Assembly: GCA_002269645.1 (NCBI GenBank)
Contig: NIVC01000497.1
Coordinates: 1-64,000 of the forward strand
Length of the DNA: 64,000 nucleotides
Reading direction: 5' to 3'
From: Macrostomum lignano
Lineage: Eukaryota
A program made the translations under genes and the position numbers. A model generated the notes under the pieces. It was not told the DNA's origin. It did not search any database and saw nothing but the letters and a program-made list of their open reading frames with translations. Numbering within the stretch: the stretch's first letter is position 1; each line of letters opens with the position of its first letter. Shown one piece after another: positions 34,501-46,580 of the stretch.

Positions 34501-37500
34501 GAAATGGTGGCTCTTTTATGTTAGACATGGTGGCTCTTTAATGTTCGACATGGTGGCTCTTTAATGTTAGACATGATGGCTCTTTAATGTTAGACATGGT
34601 GGCTCTTTAATGTTAGACATGGTGGCTCTTTAATGTTTGACATTGTGCTTCTTCTGTGTTTAGCATTTTGTGTTTTTAAGGTGTTTTAATAAAAAATCTT
34701 TTTGCACTACTAAGATTCGAACCCAGTTAGCAGTCCAGTCTGTTCGCATTTATGCTATCTCTTGTCAATTGGAGAACATGAATTGTGGCCTTTATAATTA
34801 AATTCTTATAGCAAATTGGTTAGAGTAAAAATTTATGACATAGTCAATTTCTCAGTCAGCCAGTATCATATCAGTCTCAATTTAAGTTAGCAATATGGTT
34901 ACGCAATTTCAATCAAGTCTTGTGCGCATTTTTTCGACACTGTTTTCAACTTGTTGTGATGCAATCTTTATCACAACTCATTTTTAGTATATAGGATTGG
35001 CACCGTTCCATTTGATCTTGCCACCCACAGGTATCATGGTCTGGCAGATTGTGGGCATTGTGCAGAAGTACTACTCTTATCCAATCATTGTTCAACGCTC
35101 GGTGGTGACTCTGATGCCCAGACCGTTTCCGGCTGTCTCCGTGTGCAATTTGAATCCGGCTCGAGCCAACAAAGTGGCTGAATCGTTTACCAGCTCGTCT
35201 ACTAGTAAGCTGAGATTAACAAACATAGCTAAACAATGCATTTATTCTGCGCACAATTTTTCAAATAGCCTTGATGTTTAACACCGATTAACGGCACCCA
35301 CTTGTTAGTATGATTGATTGTTTTTTTCAGCTAACAGTAGCAGCAACAGTTCTATGACGGCTGGCCCAACTGCTGGGCCCACTGCAGGTCCTACTTTTGG
35401 ACCCACTGCAGGTCCTACTTTTGGACCCACTGCAGGTCCTACTTTTGGGCCCACTGCAGGTCCTACTTTTGGACCCACTGCGGGCCCAACTGCTGCACCA
35501 ACTGCTGGTCCTACTGTGACATCATGTAAGTGAATATTATGCTCAGCCGCTTAAGGTTCATTCAGGCAATCCTATTTAATATTTTATAGGATATTTATTA
35601 TATTATATTTATATTTTTTAGATTATTTTATTATATTTAGATTATATTTAATATTTTATATTGTATAGTAGAAATCGTTCTAATAGGATACAGTTATTGA
35701 CAGACTGTGACCTAGACAAGTTGTGCCATGGACGGTTTGCTTCCTAGACGGGTAGTACCCTAAGACACATAGGGTAGCCCACAGATGCTATAAACACTAG
35801 ATGGCTCACTCTCCATTCCTTCAGTGGAGGCCAAATTCTCACTGTCTATGGTGGGAATCCCTCGCTCGCGAGACTTCGCCCCCCCTCGCGCCAGCAGCTT
35901 ATAACTAGCGTAGAGCCAGCAAAAAAACTTTTCTCTCACTGATTCTAGCACACCCAGTTCTTTCTCCTGCAACAACTAGATAGAATTATATATTTGACAC
36001 TGAACACCGAAGGCGAAGACCAACAAGCTTCTGGTAATGAACTCAAAAATCTGCTGTGCTGCAGGCTGCAAAAATATAGAATACGTGGGGTAGCCTAAGA
36101 CACAGACGGGTTGTACCATAAACAGTCTATGCCATAGCCGTTTATGTCCTGACGGATTGTACCATAGAGTTTTTAAGGCCCAATCCCCAAGGCGCAGAGT
36201 GTGCACGTGCTTGAGGAAGAGAAATTAAGGGCCGCTGTACATCCTACATCTTGTGCGACCTCGAGCCTGTGCGATTCGTGCATGTACATGAATAAAAAAA
36301 CTAGCAAGCCTAGGTGTGCACTTTTAGAGTGTCTTTCTAATTTTGCTCGTTGTGATATGTTCGATACTCGTACACGAACTAAGACTATATAACTGTAGAT
36401 ACTCGTACTCTTGGTTCCATTTAATCCTTTTTCAGCCACTGCGCCTCCCCCAACGCCTCCGGGGAGACGGAAGCGATCCGCCGATGAGGATCGGCCGCCA
36501 CCGCCACCTTCTGCTGACAAGGTAAGTCAGTTAATTCTGCACCTTAAGCTCATTGTGACAAAATGACTGAATGACTTCTATTCCGATAAAACAAAAAAAG
36601 CTCCGACACTAAAAATCGTTACTTCTTGCAGTTTTCCTGGATGACCGGCAGCATTTACAACAGCTCCTCTTCGTCGAGAAATCTCAGCGCCATGGGACCA
36701 GACGCGATTCCGAAAAGCCTTGGCATCACCTACACCTTCTTGGACTATTATAACTCGCTCACGGGCACCTGGAAAACCAAAGTTGGCACTAAGATTAACG
36801 ACTTCCTTATCGATTGCAGCGTTGGAACGCAATACTGCACGCCGCAGTGAGTTGATGTCTGATTTAGTGTGTAGCGCATATGATAGAACTGATTTCGCCC
36901 CATGAAGAACTGCTTTGTCATCATGTAAAAATCCTGCTTTGTCACCATGTAAAAATCCTGCTTTGTCACCATGTAAACACCTTGATTTGTCACTATGTAA
37001 ACATCCTGATTTGTCATCATGATAACACCCTGATTTGTCACCATGTAAACATTCTGCTTTGTCACCATGAAACACTGCATTGTTAATATGAAGACATCCT
37101 GTTTGGCACCAGTTTGTGCACAGCTAGGGCAATGCATTTCTTTAAAAAACGAGCCTACTTTTTGGCACTATGAATTCACTAGAAAGACCTTTGCATGCAA
37201 GATGTTTACGTCACCTAGCCAACGCTAAACAATTTGACGCCATGCCAACAATAACATTCTTAGGAATTTCTCTCGCTTCCTGCACCCGCTGTACGGCAAC
37301 TGCTACACTTTCAATGCGGCCAGAAGCGACCAAAGCCTTGTGACGGTGCTGCAGCCCGGCCCGCTGCACGGTCTCAAGCTCACCCTGTACGTGGAACAGT
37401 CTCAGTACGTTGGCGCCGTAGCCAATTCTGCCGGTGTTAATGTCGTTATTCACGAGCCGAATAAGCAGCCATTTCCGGAGGATTCCGGCATTAGCGTTTC

Positions 37501-40500
37501 GCCTGGACAAGAGACCTACATTGGAATCAAGGAGGTGCGATGGGGAGAGTTAATTTTGTCGTAGCAGATGAAGGTTAACGGGTACATAAATGGTGACACA
37601 AGTAGAGAGTAGCTTTAGTGCTAGTAGCACCGCTTGCAAGATGATTCGGCGCCACCCTCGCAGCAGGTTTGTGAAAAATTGTTACAGTTCCCTAACGACT
37701 GCTGTGCCCCTTGCTAAAGCCCCTTGTGCTAAAGCCCCTTGGTGCTAAAGCCCCTTGGTGCTAAAGCCCCTTGGTGCTAAAGCCCCTTGGTGCTAAAGCC
37801 CCTTGGTGCTAAAGCCCCTTGGTGCTAAAGCCCCTTGGTGCTAAAGCCCCTTGGTGCTAAAGCCCCTTGGTGCTAAAGCCCCTTGGTGCTAAAGCCCCTT
37901 GGTGCTAAAGCCCCTTGGTGCTAAAGCCCCTTGGTGCTAAAGCCCCTTGGTGCTAAAGCCCCTTGGTGCTAAAGCCCCTTGGTGCTAAAGCCCCTTGGTG
38001 CTAAAGCCCCTTGGTGCTAAAGCCCCTTGGTGCTAAAGCCCCTTGGTGCTAAAGCCCCTTGGTGCTAAAGCCCCTTGGTGCTAAAGCCCCTTGGTGCTAA
38101 AGCCCCTTGGTGCTAAAGCCCCTTGGTGCTAAAGCCCCTTGGTGCTAAAGCCCCTTGGTGCTAAAGCCCCTTGGTGCTAAAGCCCCTTGGTGCTAAAGCC
38201 CCTTGGTGCTAAAGCCCCTTGGTGCTAAAGCCCCTTGGTGCTAAAGCCCCTTGGTGCTAAAGCCCCTTGGTGCTAAAGCCCCTTGGTGCTAAAGCCCCTT
38301 GGTGCTAAAGCCCCTTGGTGCTAAAGCCCCTTGGTGCTAAAGCCCCTTGGTGCTAAAGCCCCTTGGTGCTAAAGCCCCTTGGTGCTAAAGCCCCTTGGTG
38401 CTAAAGCCCCTTGGTGCTAAAGCCCCTTGGTGCTAAAGCCCCTTGGTGCTAAAGCCCCTTGGTGCTAAAGCCCCTTGGTGCTAAAGCCCCTTGGTGCTAA
38501 AGCCCCTTGGTGCTAAAGCCCCTTGGTGCTAAAGCCCCTTGGTGCTAAAGCCCCTTGGTGCTAAAGCCCCTTGGTGCTAAAGCCCCTTGGTGCTAAAGCC
38601 CCTTGGTGCTAAAGCCCCTTGGTGCTAAAGCCCCTTGGTGCTAAAGCCCCTTGGTGCTAAAGCTCCTTGGTGCTAAAGCCCCTTGGTGCTAAAGCCCCTT
38701 GGTGCTAAAGCCCCTTGGTGCTAAAGCCCCTTGGTGCTAAAGCCCCTTGGTGCTAAAGCCCCTTGGTGCTAAAGCCCCTTGGTGCTAAGAAACCTGGCTA
38801 CGCTCCTAATTTCGTTCAATTGAAAGTAGAGATAGACTGAATTGATCGATGGATTTCGGACAAAATAGAAATTTTGCATACCCTGTAGGTAGCTGTATGG
38901 GTATTGTACTTCTATTAACGTAATCAAATAAACTTTCCTGCAGGTTTACACGAAACGCCTCTCCTACCCCTACGCTGAAGATTGTCAAAATGAATTTTTG
39001 ACGGCGAATAAAAAGTACAACATGTACAGCGTTGTGTCCAACTATTCTCTGCCCAGTGTTAACTACTCAAAAACTGTAAGTCTAGCAGAACTAGCTTAAG
39101 TTATGCTCATACGAGCTAAGTAACTATTAAAATGCCTTCACATGCATGTATTTGTTCCAACCATAACTTAATCCAAGGCCTGCATGAAGACTTGCATTCA
39201 AAGAAGGGTTGAGAAACGATGCGTGTGCAGTTCTCCTAATCTACCGATTTCGGATCCAACAGTCGATCCGCTGTACAACAGCAGCTACAGCATCTGCTTG
39301 TACGAGTACAACTCCACTACTTCCACAATCAGCACTCAAGGTAATGAACTTTTTCTTGGTAGTAAAATACTAAAATGTGCTCAGAAGTAAAGCCTTTTGT
39401 TCAAGCATGCGTTGTTGTTGGCCCTTTGTCCTCTTGCCACAAAACAGACCAGGCGCAACTGATGAACATTCCATCCCATAGGGTTTTCGCCTACCCGGCG
39501 GAGCATCGCCTCCTTCTCTGCCCAAAAATAGGCCCAGCGCAACTGATGTACATTCCAACCCATAGGGTTTTCGCCTACCCGGCGGAGCATCGCCTCCTTC
39601 TCTGCCCAAAAATAGGCCCAGCGCAACTGATGTACATTCCAACCCATAGGGTTTTCGCCTACCCGGCGGAGCATCGCCTCCTTCTCTGCCCAAAAATAGG
39701 CCCAGCGCAACTGATGTACATTCCAACCCATAGGGTTTTCGCCTACCCGACGGAGCATCGCCTCCTTCTCTGCCCAAAAATAGGCCCAGCGCAACTGATG
39801 TACATTCCAACCCATAGGGTTTTCGCCTACCCGGCGGAGCATCGCCTCCTTCTCTGCCCAAAAATAGGCCCAGCGCAACTGATGTACATTCCAACCCATA
39901 GGGTTTTCGCCTACCCGGCGGAGCATCGCCTCCTTCTCTGCCCAAAAATAGGCCCAGCGCAACTGATGTACATTCCAAACCATAGGGTTTTTGCCTACCC
40001 GGCGGAGCATCGCCTCCTTCTCTGCCCAAAAATAGGCCCAGCGCAACTGATGTACATTCCAACCCAAAGGGTTTTTGCCTACCCCGCGGAGCCCCACCTC
40101 CTCTGTTCCAAAAAATAGGTATTTTTATTTCAACCTCATCGTGTTTTTCACAACCCCGTTTGTGGAGCCCACTGAACTCATCTAGAATAAAACTTTAGGA
40201 AATAAGCCAAAAATACGTATATAAATATCATTCAACAGTCCGATCTCGTTACATCCCAAATTCCAGCAAAGTGCGCTCAAAGTGCAGAAAAAGACGCCTT
40301 CTCAGATTGCACAGCTTTATGCAAGCAGGATTGCGAGTAAGTAGTTTTCACACGGACACCCAACAAGTTATCGACATATTTGTTTATCATTTATTCGAGA
40401 AATCCACTCGCTCCTTTGTCTCTGCCACCTTTAGCGAGTACGACTACGTACCGTCTCTGTCGCACTCGATGTGGCCCAGCGACGCTTACGAGGTAAGATC

Positions 40501-43500
40501 AATTAATTCATTAATTCATAGCTAGGTAACCACTTTGGTAGCCAGTTTGCAGGTGCGGGGGGGGGGCTTTGGTTACCGCCGCAGTCAAACCATTCCGTTG
40601 ACTCCTGATAATTGTCTTAAATCGGGCAACAAGTTCACACAGGGTGTTCACCGACCCTGACTTTCTCATTGTCACCCCTGTCGTCTCATCTTTCTTATAC
40701 GAGGGGTAGTCAAAAAGTAATGATAAATATTATTTTTCAAAGGACAGAAAGCCATGTCAAGGCTTATTTCTCCACAAAATCTCCATCCAGCTCTAAGCAC
40801 TTCTCCATACAATGGCGCCATCGCTCCAGCCCCGCCCTGAAGAAGCCAGGTGGCTGGGATGCAAGCCACTGCTGGGCTGCTGTTTTCGCCTCCTCCTTGC
40901 CCGAATTTCACACTCCTTTGATTGCTTCCTTTAACTTTGGAAACAGAAATAAATCTGATGGAGCAAGATCAGAGCTGCAGGGAGGTTGGGAGAGAATTTC
41001 CCAGCGAAATTCGCGCCGAACGCCTCGGCAGAGCCGTGAAGTGTGTGCCCGGGCTTTGTCGTGGTGGAAGAGGATGCGCCGGTGGAGCTTACCAGGTCGC
41101 TTCCTGGCTAATTCTGTGCGCAGCTTTTGCAGCACACCTTCGTAGTAGGCCCCAGTGATTGTGCGCTGCGATTCCAGGAAGTCCACTAAGATGACTCCTT
41201 CTGCATCCCAGAAAATGGTTGCCATGACCTTGGCCATAAAGCGGTCGGCCCGGACTTCTTTGGCCCGACAGATCCTTGAGGCAGCTACTCTTTTGACTGG
41301 ATTTTCTACTCTGGATCGTACTGGTAGATCCAGGTCTCATCACCAGTCACCAACCGTTCAAAAAAAATCGTTGGCGTCAGTGTCAAGGCGGTTGAGCAGG
41401 TTCGCTGCGCACTCGCTGCGTTGGGCTTTGTGCTCCGGGCGCAACGCCCGTGGCACCCAACGGGCAATTAGCTTGCTGAAGCCCAGATCGTCTGTCAGGA
41501 TCAAATAAACACTGCTATGGGAGATGCCCAGTTCTTCAACAATAGCCTCAATGGTCACACGCCGGTCCTGCTCAACTTTTCGACGCACAGCAGTAACCAT
41601 CTCTTCTGTGCGCGCTGTGCTCGGTCATCCACTGCGGTCAGCGTCTTCAATGGCCTCCCGACCGGCCTTAAACTCTTGGATCCACCGATAACCGGTGGGA
41701 TTCGGTGGGGCAGCATCCCCGAAGACCTTCTGTAAAGCCTCGAGGATAGCAGCCGGCTTCCAATCCAACCGCGTTAAAAATTTCACATTGGAACGCGCTT
41801 CAAGTTTGAAATTTTCCATTGCTGAAAAGGGGTACTGCGTTTGTACTTCGGCCATGGTTGAACTATACATCCAAACAGAGCGAAAAAGTATTACAACAAG
41901 AAACAAAATATGCTTATTCAAATGAAAAAAGTCTGGGTTCAATATTTATTTTCTGCTTTGTGCAGGAGCAAAATTATCATTACTTTTTTACTTTAAACCC
42001 CTTGGATACAAGACCTCATGTCAAGAATGGCACAAATTAATGTGGCAACGCACAGAGGATTCTACCAGCGTATTGTTAAAGAAAGACGTCAGCCAGCAGC
42101 GGTATCAAAGCTAAAAAGCTCAGACTTACGTTTCAATATATTTGCTCACCTGCTGAGCTCAACGGCGAAAAATTATTGTGAAGCAGATCCATATTTTTAA
42201 AAGACGACAACAGGGAACTCTTACTTCCGCTAGATCTGGCACAAAAGGTTCTTGCACAAATACAATGGAAACACCTGATTCTTTTCAGACGGCTCAATTC
42301 TAAGAAAGTAGCGAGGCTATTGTTAATTTGAGTTAGGAGCGGACCGTCTCTTATCATAGCTAGATCATATTCAGCAGGTGTTGGTTTGTGAACTGCAGCA
42401 GGCACAGCAAATACTTACTTACAACTTACTATTGACGGGGGGCGCAGGCGCCGCGAATAGGCCGCGAGGCCCCTATCGCAACCCCAAGGTAAACAAGACC
42501 ACAAGGATTAACCCTGGGGGTGCGCCCAACCCCCGCCGGTAGTCGGCCGGTTCGCAGAGGAGGCATCGGCGACCCTCATCCGGCCGGTATCCCGGACGAA
42601 GGCGCGAAGGTCACGGATGTGGTCCGGTGTGGTCAACTCGTCTATCCGCTGGGGGTGGCCGAGGTATTTGTGCCGCGCCTTATTGAAGTAAGGGCAGAAG
42701 GTGACGTGATGCTCCGCGGTCTCCTCTCCTATGCCACAGGAAGGACAGGTGGGAGGGCAACCAGTTTGCAACGAGATGTCTCTGGAAGACCGAGGTGCGG
42801 AGATTTCCGCGGGGTTCGCGGTAAGGTCAACCTCCATGTTGGAGGATTGGGGGGTTGACGGACCCCCGGTCGCGGGAATTGTCGGCTCCCGAGCCGTGTC
42901 GGGTGGTTTTGAATTATCCATGCAGAGTAGGCTGGAATGGAGAAAACTGAAATGTAGAAAAAGGGGTGGGTAACCGCGCGGGGGCTGGATCCCCCAGCCA
43001 ACTCCAAGGAGCTACCCTCTGCCACGGTAAACAGCAGAGAAGCTTTGGGTTGCCGACTTACCCCAGGATTGCACCCAGGCGAGGCTCCGGCAGGTCCCCA
43101 GTCCACACTCTGCAAGATCACGGGGCGGGAGGCCGGCTGCAGGTTTGGGACACAAACGCCAGGTCGGGTTGACAGCCGGCGCCCGAGCCCTCCCCCGCAG
43201 GAGCGGCCCTCGAGAACCCGTGTAGTACCAGTTGCAACTATGGGCTGTCGGTGGGTAGTTGGCGCTTAGCCAGCGGCCAACTACTTGGCAGCCACCTGCC
43301 CTGCAAAAAAGCAGCAGGGGGGGGGGGGTCCGTCCTCCACCAGCAGACCAGAACAAGGAAGCTGGTCGCTTCCACGCCAGGCCTGAGCGAAAGAGGAGGG
43401 GGAAAAACCTCAAAAACGAAAAGCTGGCGGATGTCACAGAGTCCCTCGGTTTAAGCTGCCATTGAATTATGGCACAGCAAATAAGTCAGTATTCAAATGG

Positions 43501-44492
43501 CCAAAGAACTGATTTTCAGGACGACTCTCAGCAGCAGATCATGAGCTACAATAAAAATATTAGAGACGCGGTCAATAGACTGCATCATGGTGAGCGGAAA
43601 GAATTTATGAGGTAAAATATTATGCACTAGTTTTTTTATCTGTTTAATAATAAGAAGTTCGAAAAAATTTAAAACACTCTGGTACATTCTTTTAGCAAAA
43701 ACTTTGTCAAAGTTTTGGTCTTTTATGACGATCCCCAAAGGCACACAGTTGTGTCCACAGAGGGCTATCAGATTCTCGACGTGCTGTCCGACATGGGCGG
43801 TCAGGTGAGGCTTCCGATAATCAGTCTCACTCATCAGGGGGAATCGGTCTGGGCCATCAGGGGGAATAAGTCTCACCCATCAGGGGGAATCGGTCTGGGT
43901 CATCAGAGAGAATCAGTCTGGGTCATCGGGAGGAATCGGTCTGGGTCATCAGGGAGAATCGGTCTTGGTCATCGGGGGGAATCGGTTTGGGTCATCAGGG
44001 AGAATCGGTCTAAGTCATCAGAGGGGGTCTGTCTCGCTCATACGGAAGAAAAAATAAACAGTGATTGTAGGTATTAGCTCCGATGGTCATAAGGGTTTGC
44101 TTCGATGATCATTAGGACAAGCTCCACTCAGCCCATCCCCACAAACCAATGACCGTCCATTCAAGGTGGGCCTGTGGCTGGGCCTGAGCGTGCTCACCCT
44201 ATTCGAAATCGTGGAGATGTTTGTTGACTTGGGCCTGCTGCTGTGCAAGAAGACTAGGCGGCCAACCAAGCCAGCGGACGCCTGGAAATGTACCACCGCC
44301 AATGCCATGATTCGAGCTGGCGGTGGAGGCGGAGGCGTTACGAATGAGCCTGCAGTGCCTAACACGATGAAGCAGCCGCTTCCAGCCTCCCCAGTTGACG
44401 GGCAGAAAAACTGGTACGAAGGACCTGCAGCAAACGACGCTACGGAACTGGCAGTGCGCGGCAAACCGAAGGTCAAGACTGCGTTTAGCTAA
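31598..44492 (+). CDS. DEG/ENaC (ASIC/FaNaC superfamily) sodium channel subunit, ~701 aa, 13 exons: 31598-31811, 35031-35204, 35331-35525, 36436-36521, 36632-36846, 37264-37534, 38944-39075, 39178-39340, 40267-40336, 40435-40492, 43520-43611, 43696-43804, 44166-44492
   Basis: [56 protein letters not shown] and [24 protein letters not shown] motifs; all junctions are GT-AG and phase-consistent. Confidence 0.95.
32050..32645. repeat. 20-bp minisatellite (GCCAGCCATGAGACAGGGGC)n
   Basis: About 30 copies in ENaC intron 1. Confidence 0.95.
33860..34640. repeat. 23-bp minisatellite (GACATGGTGGCTCTTTAATGTTT)n
   Basis: Direct observation. Confidence 0.95.
37710..38790. repeat. 16-bp satellite (GGTGCTAAAGCCCCTT)n, nearly invariant
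   Basis: About 67 copies. Confidence 0.98.
39440..40110. repeat. 84-bp tandem repeat, about 8 copies, ENaC intron 8
   Basis: 28-aa period in the spurious ORFs. Confidence 0.95.
40700..42005 (-). mobile_element. Full-length but decayed mariner (DD34D) transposon in ENaC intron 10
   Basis: [26 protein letters not shown] and [15 protein letters not shown] motifs; ~1.3 kb; TIR TA|CGAGGGGTAGTCAAAAAGTAATGATAA with a degenerate partner; frameshifts and stops. Confidence 0.93.
42414..43470 (-). mobile_element. Internally deleted non-LTR retrotransposon derivative with both ends and a 13-bp TSD
   Basis: TSD GGCACAGCAAATA at 42401-42413 and 43471-43483; (GTAA)n-type tail; ORF joins MDNSKPPD... to the ORF2-type [17 protein letters not shown] zinc knuckle. 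Confidence 0.8.
43820..44040. repeat. ~26-bp repeat (GGGGAATCGGTCTGGGTCATCA)n
   Basis: About 8 imperfect copies. Confidence 0.85.
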
Positions 44493-44929
44493 TCGATTGA
44501 GAAGAATCTGAAATTCTTGCCCGGGTTCTAACAAAAACATTAACAATGAACTTTATGATATTTTAATTCTTAGTTCTTATCTGGAACTCGTATAGTTCAT
44601 TACTCGTACTGTCTCATTCTGAGAATGCTTGTACGCCTTCGTGGTGATGCATAAACATGCAATAAGGAACAGCCTGAGCCGCACGCCTAAACTACTCTGT
44701 TGCGTGGCACAAAAGTTAAGCAATATAGCTCGTAATTGGTGATTGACTTGCTGGCCCAAGAATTAAGCAACCGGTTGTTGTTCGGGCTGCCTCGCAGGCG
44801 CTTAGCCAGAGGTGAGAAGCGGCATCTCCCTCGGCTCCGATTGTCGAGCTAAGGTGCAAGGCGCGTCCTTAAAGTATAGCCTAGTTTATAAAGTACGTAA
44901 ACCATAAAGTATAGCCCTGTTGCTGGTGC

Positions 44930-45430
44930 CCCTGGTACTAAAGCAACTGGTGGTAAAGCCACTGGTGCTAAAGCCCCTGGTGCTAAAGTCCCTGGTGCTA
45001 AAGCCACTGGTGCTAAAGCCCCTGGTGCTAAAGCCCCTGGTGCTAAAGTCCCTGGTGCTAAAGCCACTGGTGCTAAAGCCCCTGGTGCTAAAGTCCCTGG
45101 TGCTAAAGCCACTGGTGCTAAAGCCCCTGGTGCTAAAGCCCCTGGTGCTAAAGCCCCTGGTGCTAAAGTCCCTGGTTTTAAAGGCACTGGTGCTAAAGTC
45201 CCTGGTTTTAAAGGCACTGGTGCTAAAGCCACTGGTGCTAAAGCCACTGGCGCTAAAGCCCCTGGTGCTAAAGCCCCTTGGTGCTAAAGCCACTGGTGCT
45301 AAAGCCACTGGTGCTAAAGCCCCTGGTGCTAAAGCCACTGGTGCTAAAGCCACTGGTGCTAAAGCCCCTGATGCTAAAGCCCCTGGTGCTAAAGCCACTG
45401 GTGCTAAAGCCACTGGTGCTAAAGCCCCAG
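44930..45430. repeat. 15-bp satellite (GGTGCTAAAGCCMCT)n
   Basis: About 33 copies; same family as 37710. Confidence 0.95.
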
Positions 45431-46580
45431 CTTAGTAAAATAGCGCGCTGCATTTGACATAAAAGATCCAGGCTGACCCCGACTCCACAACGAGTAACGG
45501 AACTCTTGCATGTTACATTTTACTGAATCACTACCAATGAGCTTTGCTTGGCTTTTGTGCCGTGAAAGCATTAGTTCAGTTGGGGTTTAGCTGTTGGTGA
45601 GCATATATTTACCTTTATGTACATAAGATTGTACATCCATCGCTACTCTTGCAGCCGACTTTTGCCTAGCTAGCACACGATATAAATATTTACCTTCATA
45701 CTACTACTCACTACCTTTTACTTTGATCTGGGTGATACTTTTTGCACAGGTCTTGTTTAAAATGAGTTTTGCACACTTTGAGTAGTATCATAAGTATATA
45801 TGTGGTATTAGCTATTGTATCTTGATTATTTTGTTATTTATAAAACGTCTTTTTCTTGAGCAACTTATTAATGCGCGCAAAACTTTATGAAAAAGCTTGT
45901 TGCCTTCGTTAGACATTCGTGAGTACTTGTAGTTCACACAGCCACCTAATATTACTCAAAAATATTACTCAAAAATGCAACTCTCGTCTCGTTTAATGGC
46001 AATTTATACAAGGTTTTAAGCATTCAACATCGACTCTCTATCTTATTCGCTCTTTTAATGTTAAAAAAATGCAACAATTTTCTTAAGCTGTCTTAAGACA
46101 GGCTCATTCACATCACACTGCCATCAATTTAGCCTCCAAGTCAAAAAAAACCAATGTACATAGGAATCAAATTTGATGTACGCTGTGTGTACAGTGGATC
46201 ACACAAATTTGGCCTTATTTTATGGCGGTGTGGGTGAACGAGCCTTCAGTTAAGGGAGTAAGCTCATTTGCGATTTTTTATTGGCAAAAATAGACAGAGG
46301 CTGTTCAGACTGTACAGTGCATAGAAAACAGACGTACATTGCAGGCTGAGCAAATATTGGGGAGTGGGGCAGGTCTGGACGGGGGGCTGGCTGTCCAGCC
46401 AATCAGCGCCGAGGGAGCAAGACGTGACCCCGCGATAACTAATCAATACTTTAGCTTGTAACAGCCCAATTCAGACCCAGGTCGCCAAAAGCTTATAAAA
46501 AACCCACAGTCAATTTGATTAAAAATATTGTCAAGTATCTTGCAGTGTGCACTGTTTACAAACTAAGATTTTCTTTAAGG

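Noticed and set aside
36037-36170. THAP-domain gene start ([13 protein letters not shown])
   Set aside because: In-frame stop after 18 codons and no further THAP residues; at most a TE remnant in an ENaC intron.
39440-40110. 84-bp array as a CRISPR array or as a 230-247 aa repeat protein
   Set aside because: No unique spacers; it lies inside a phase-consistent ENaC intron.
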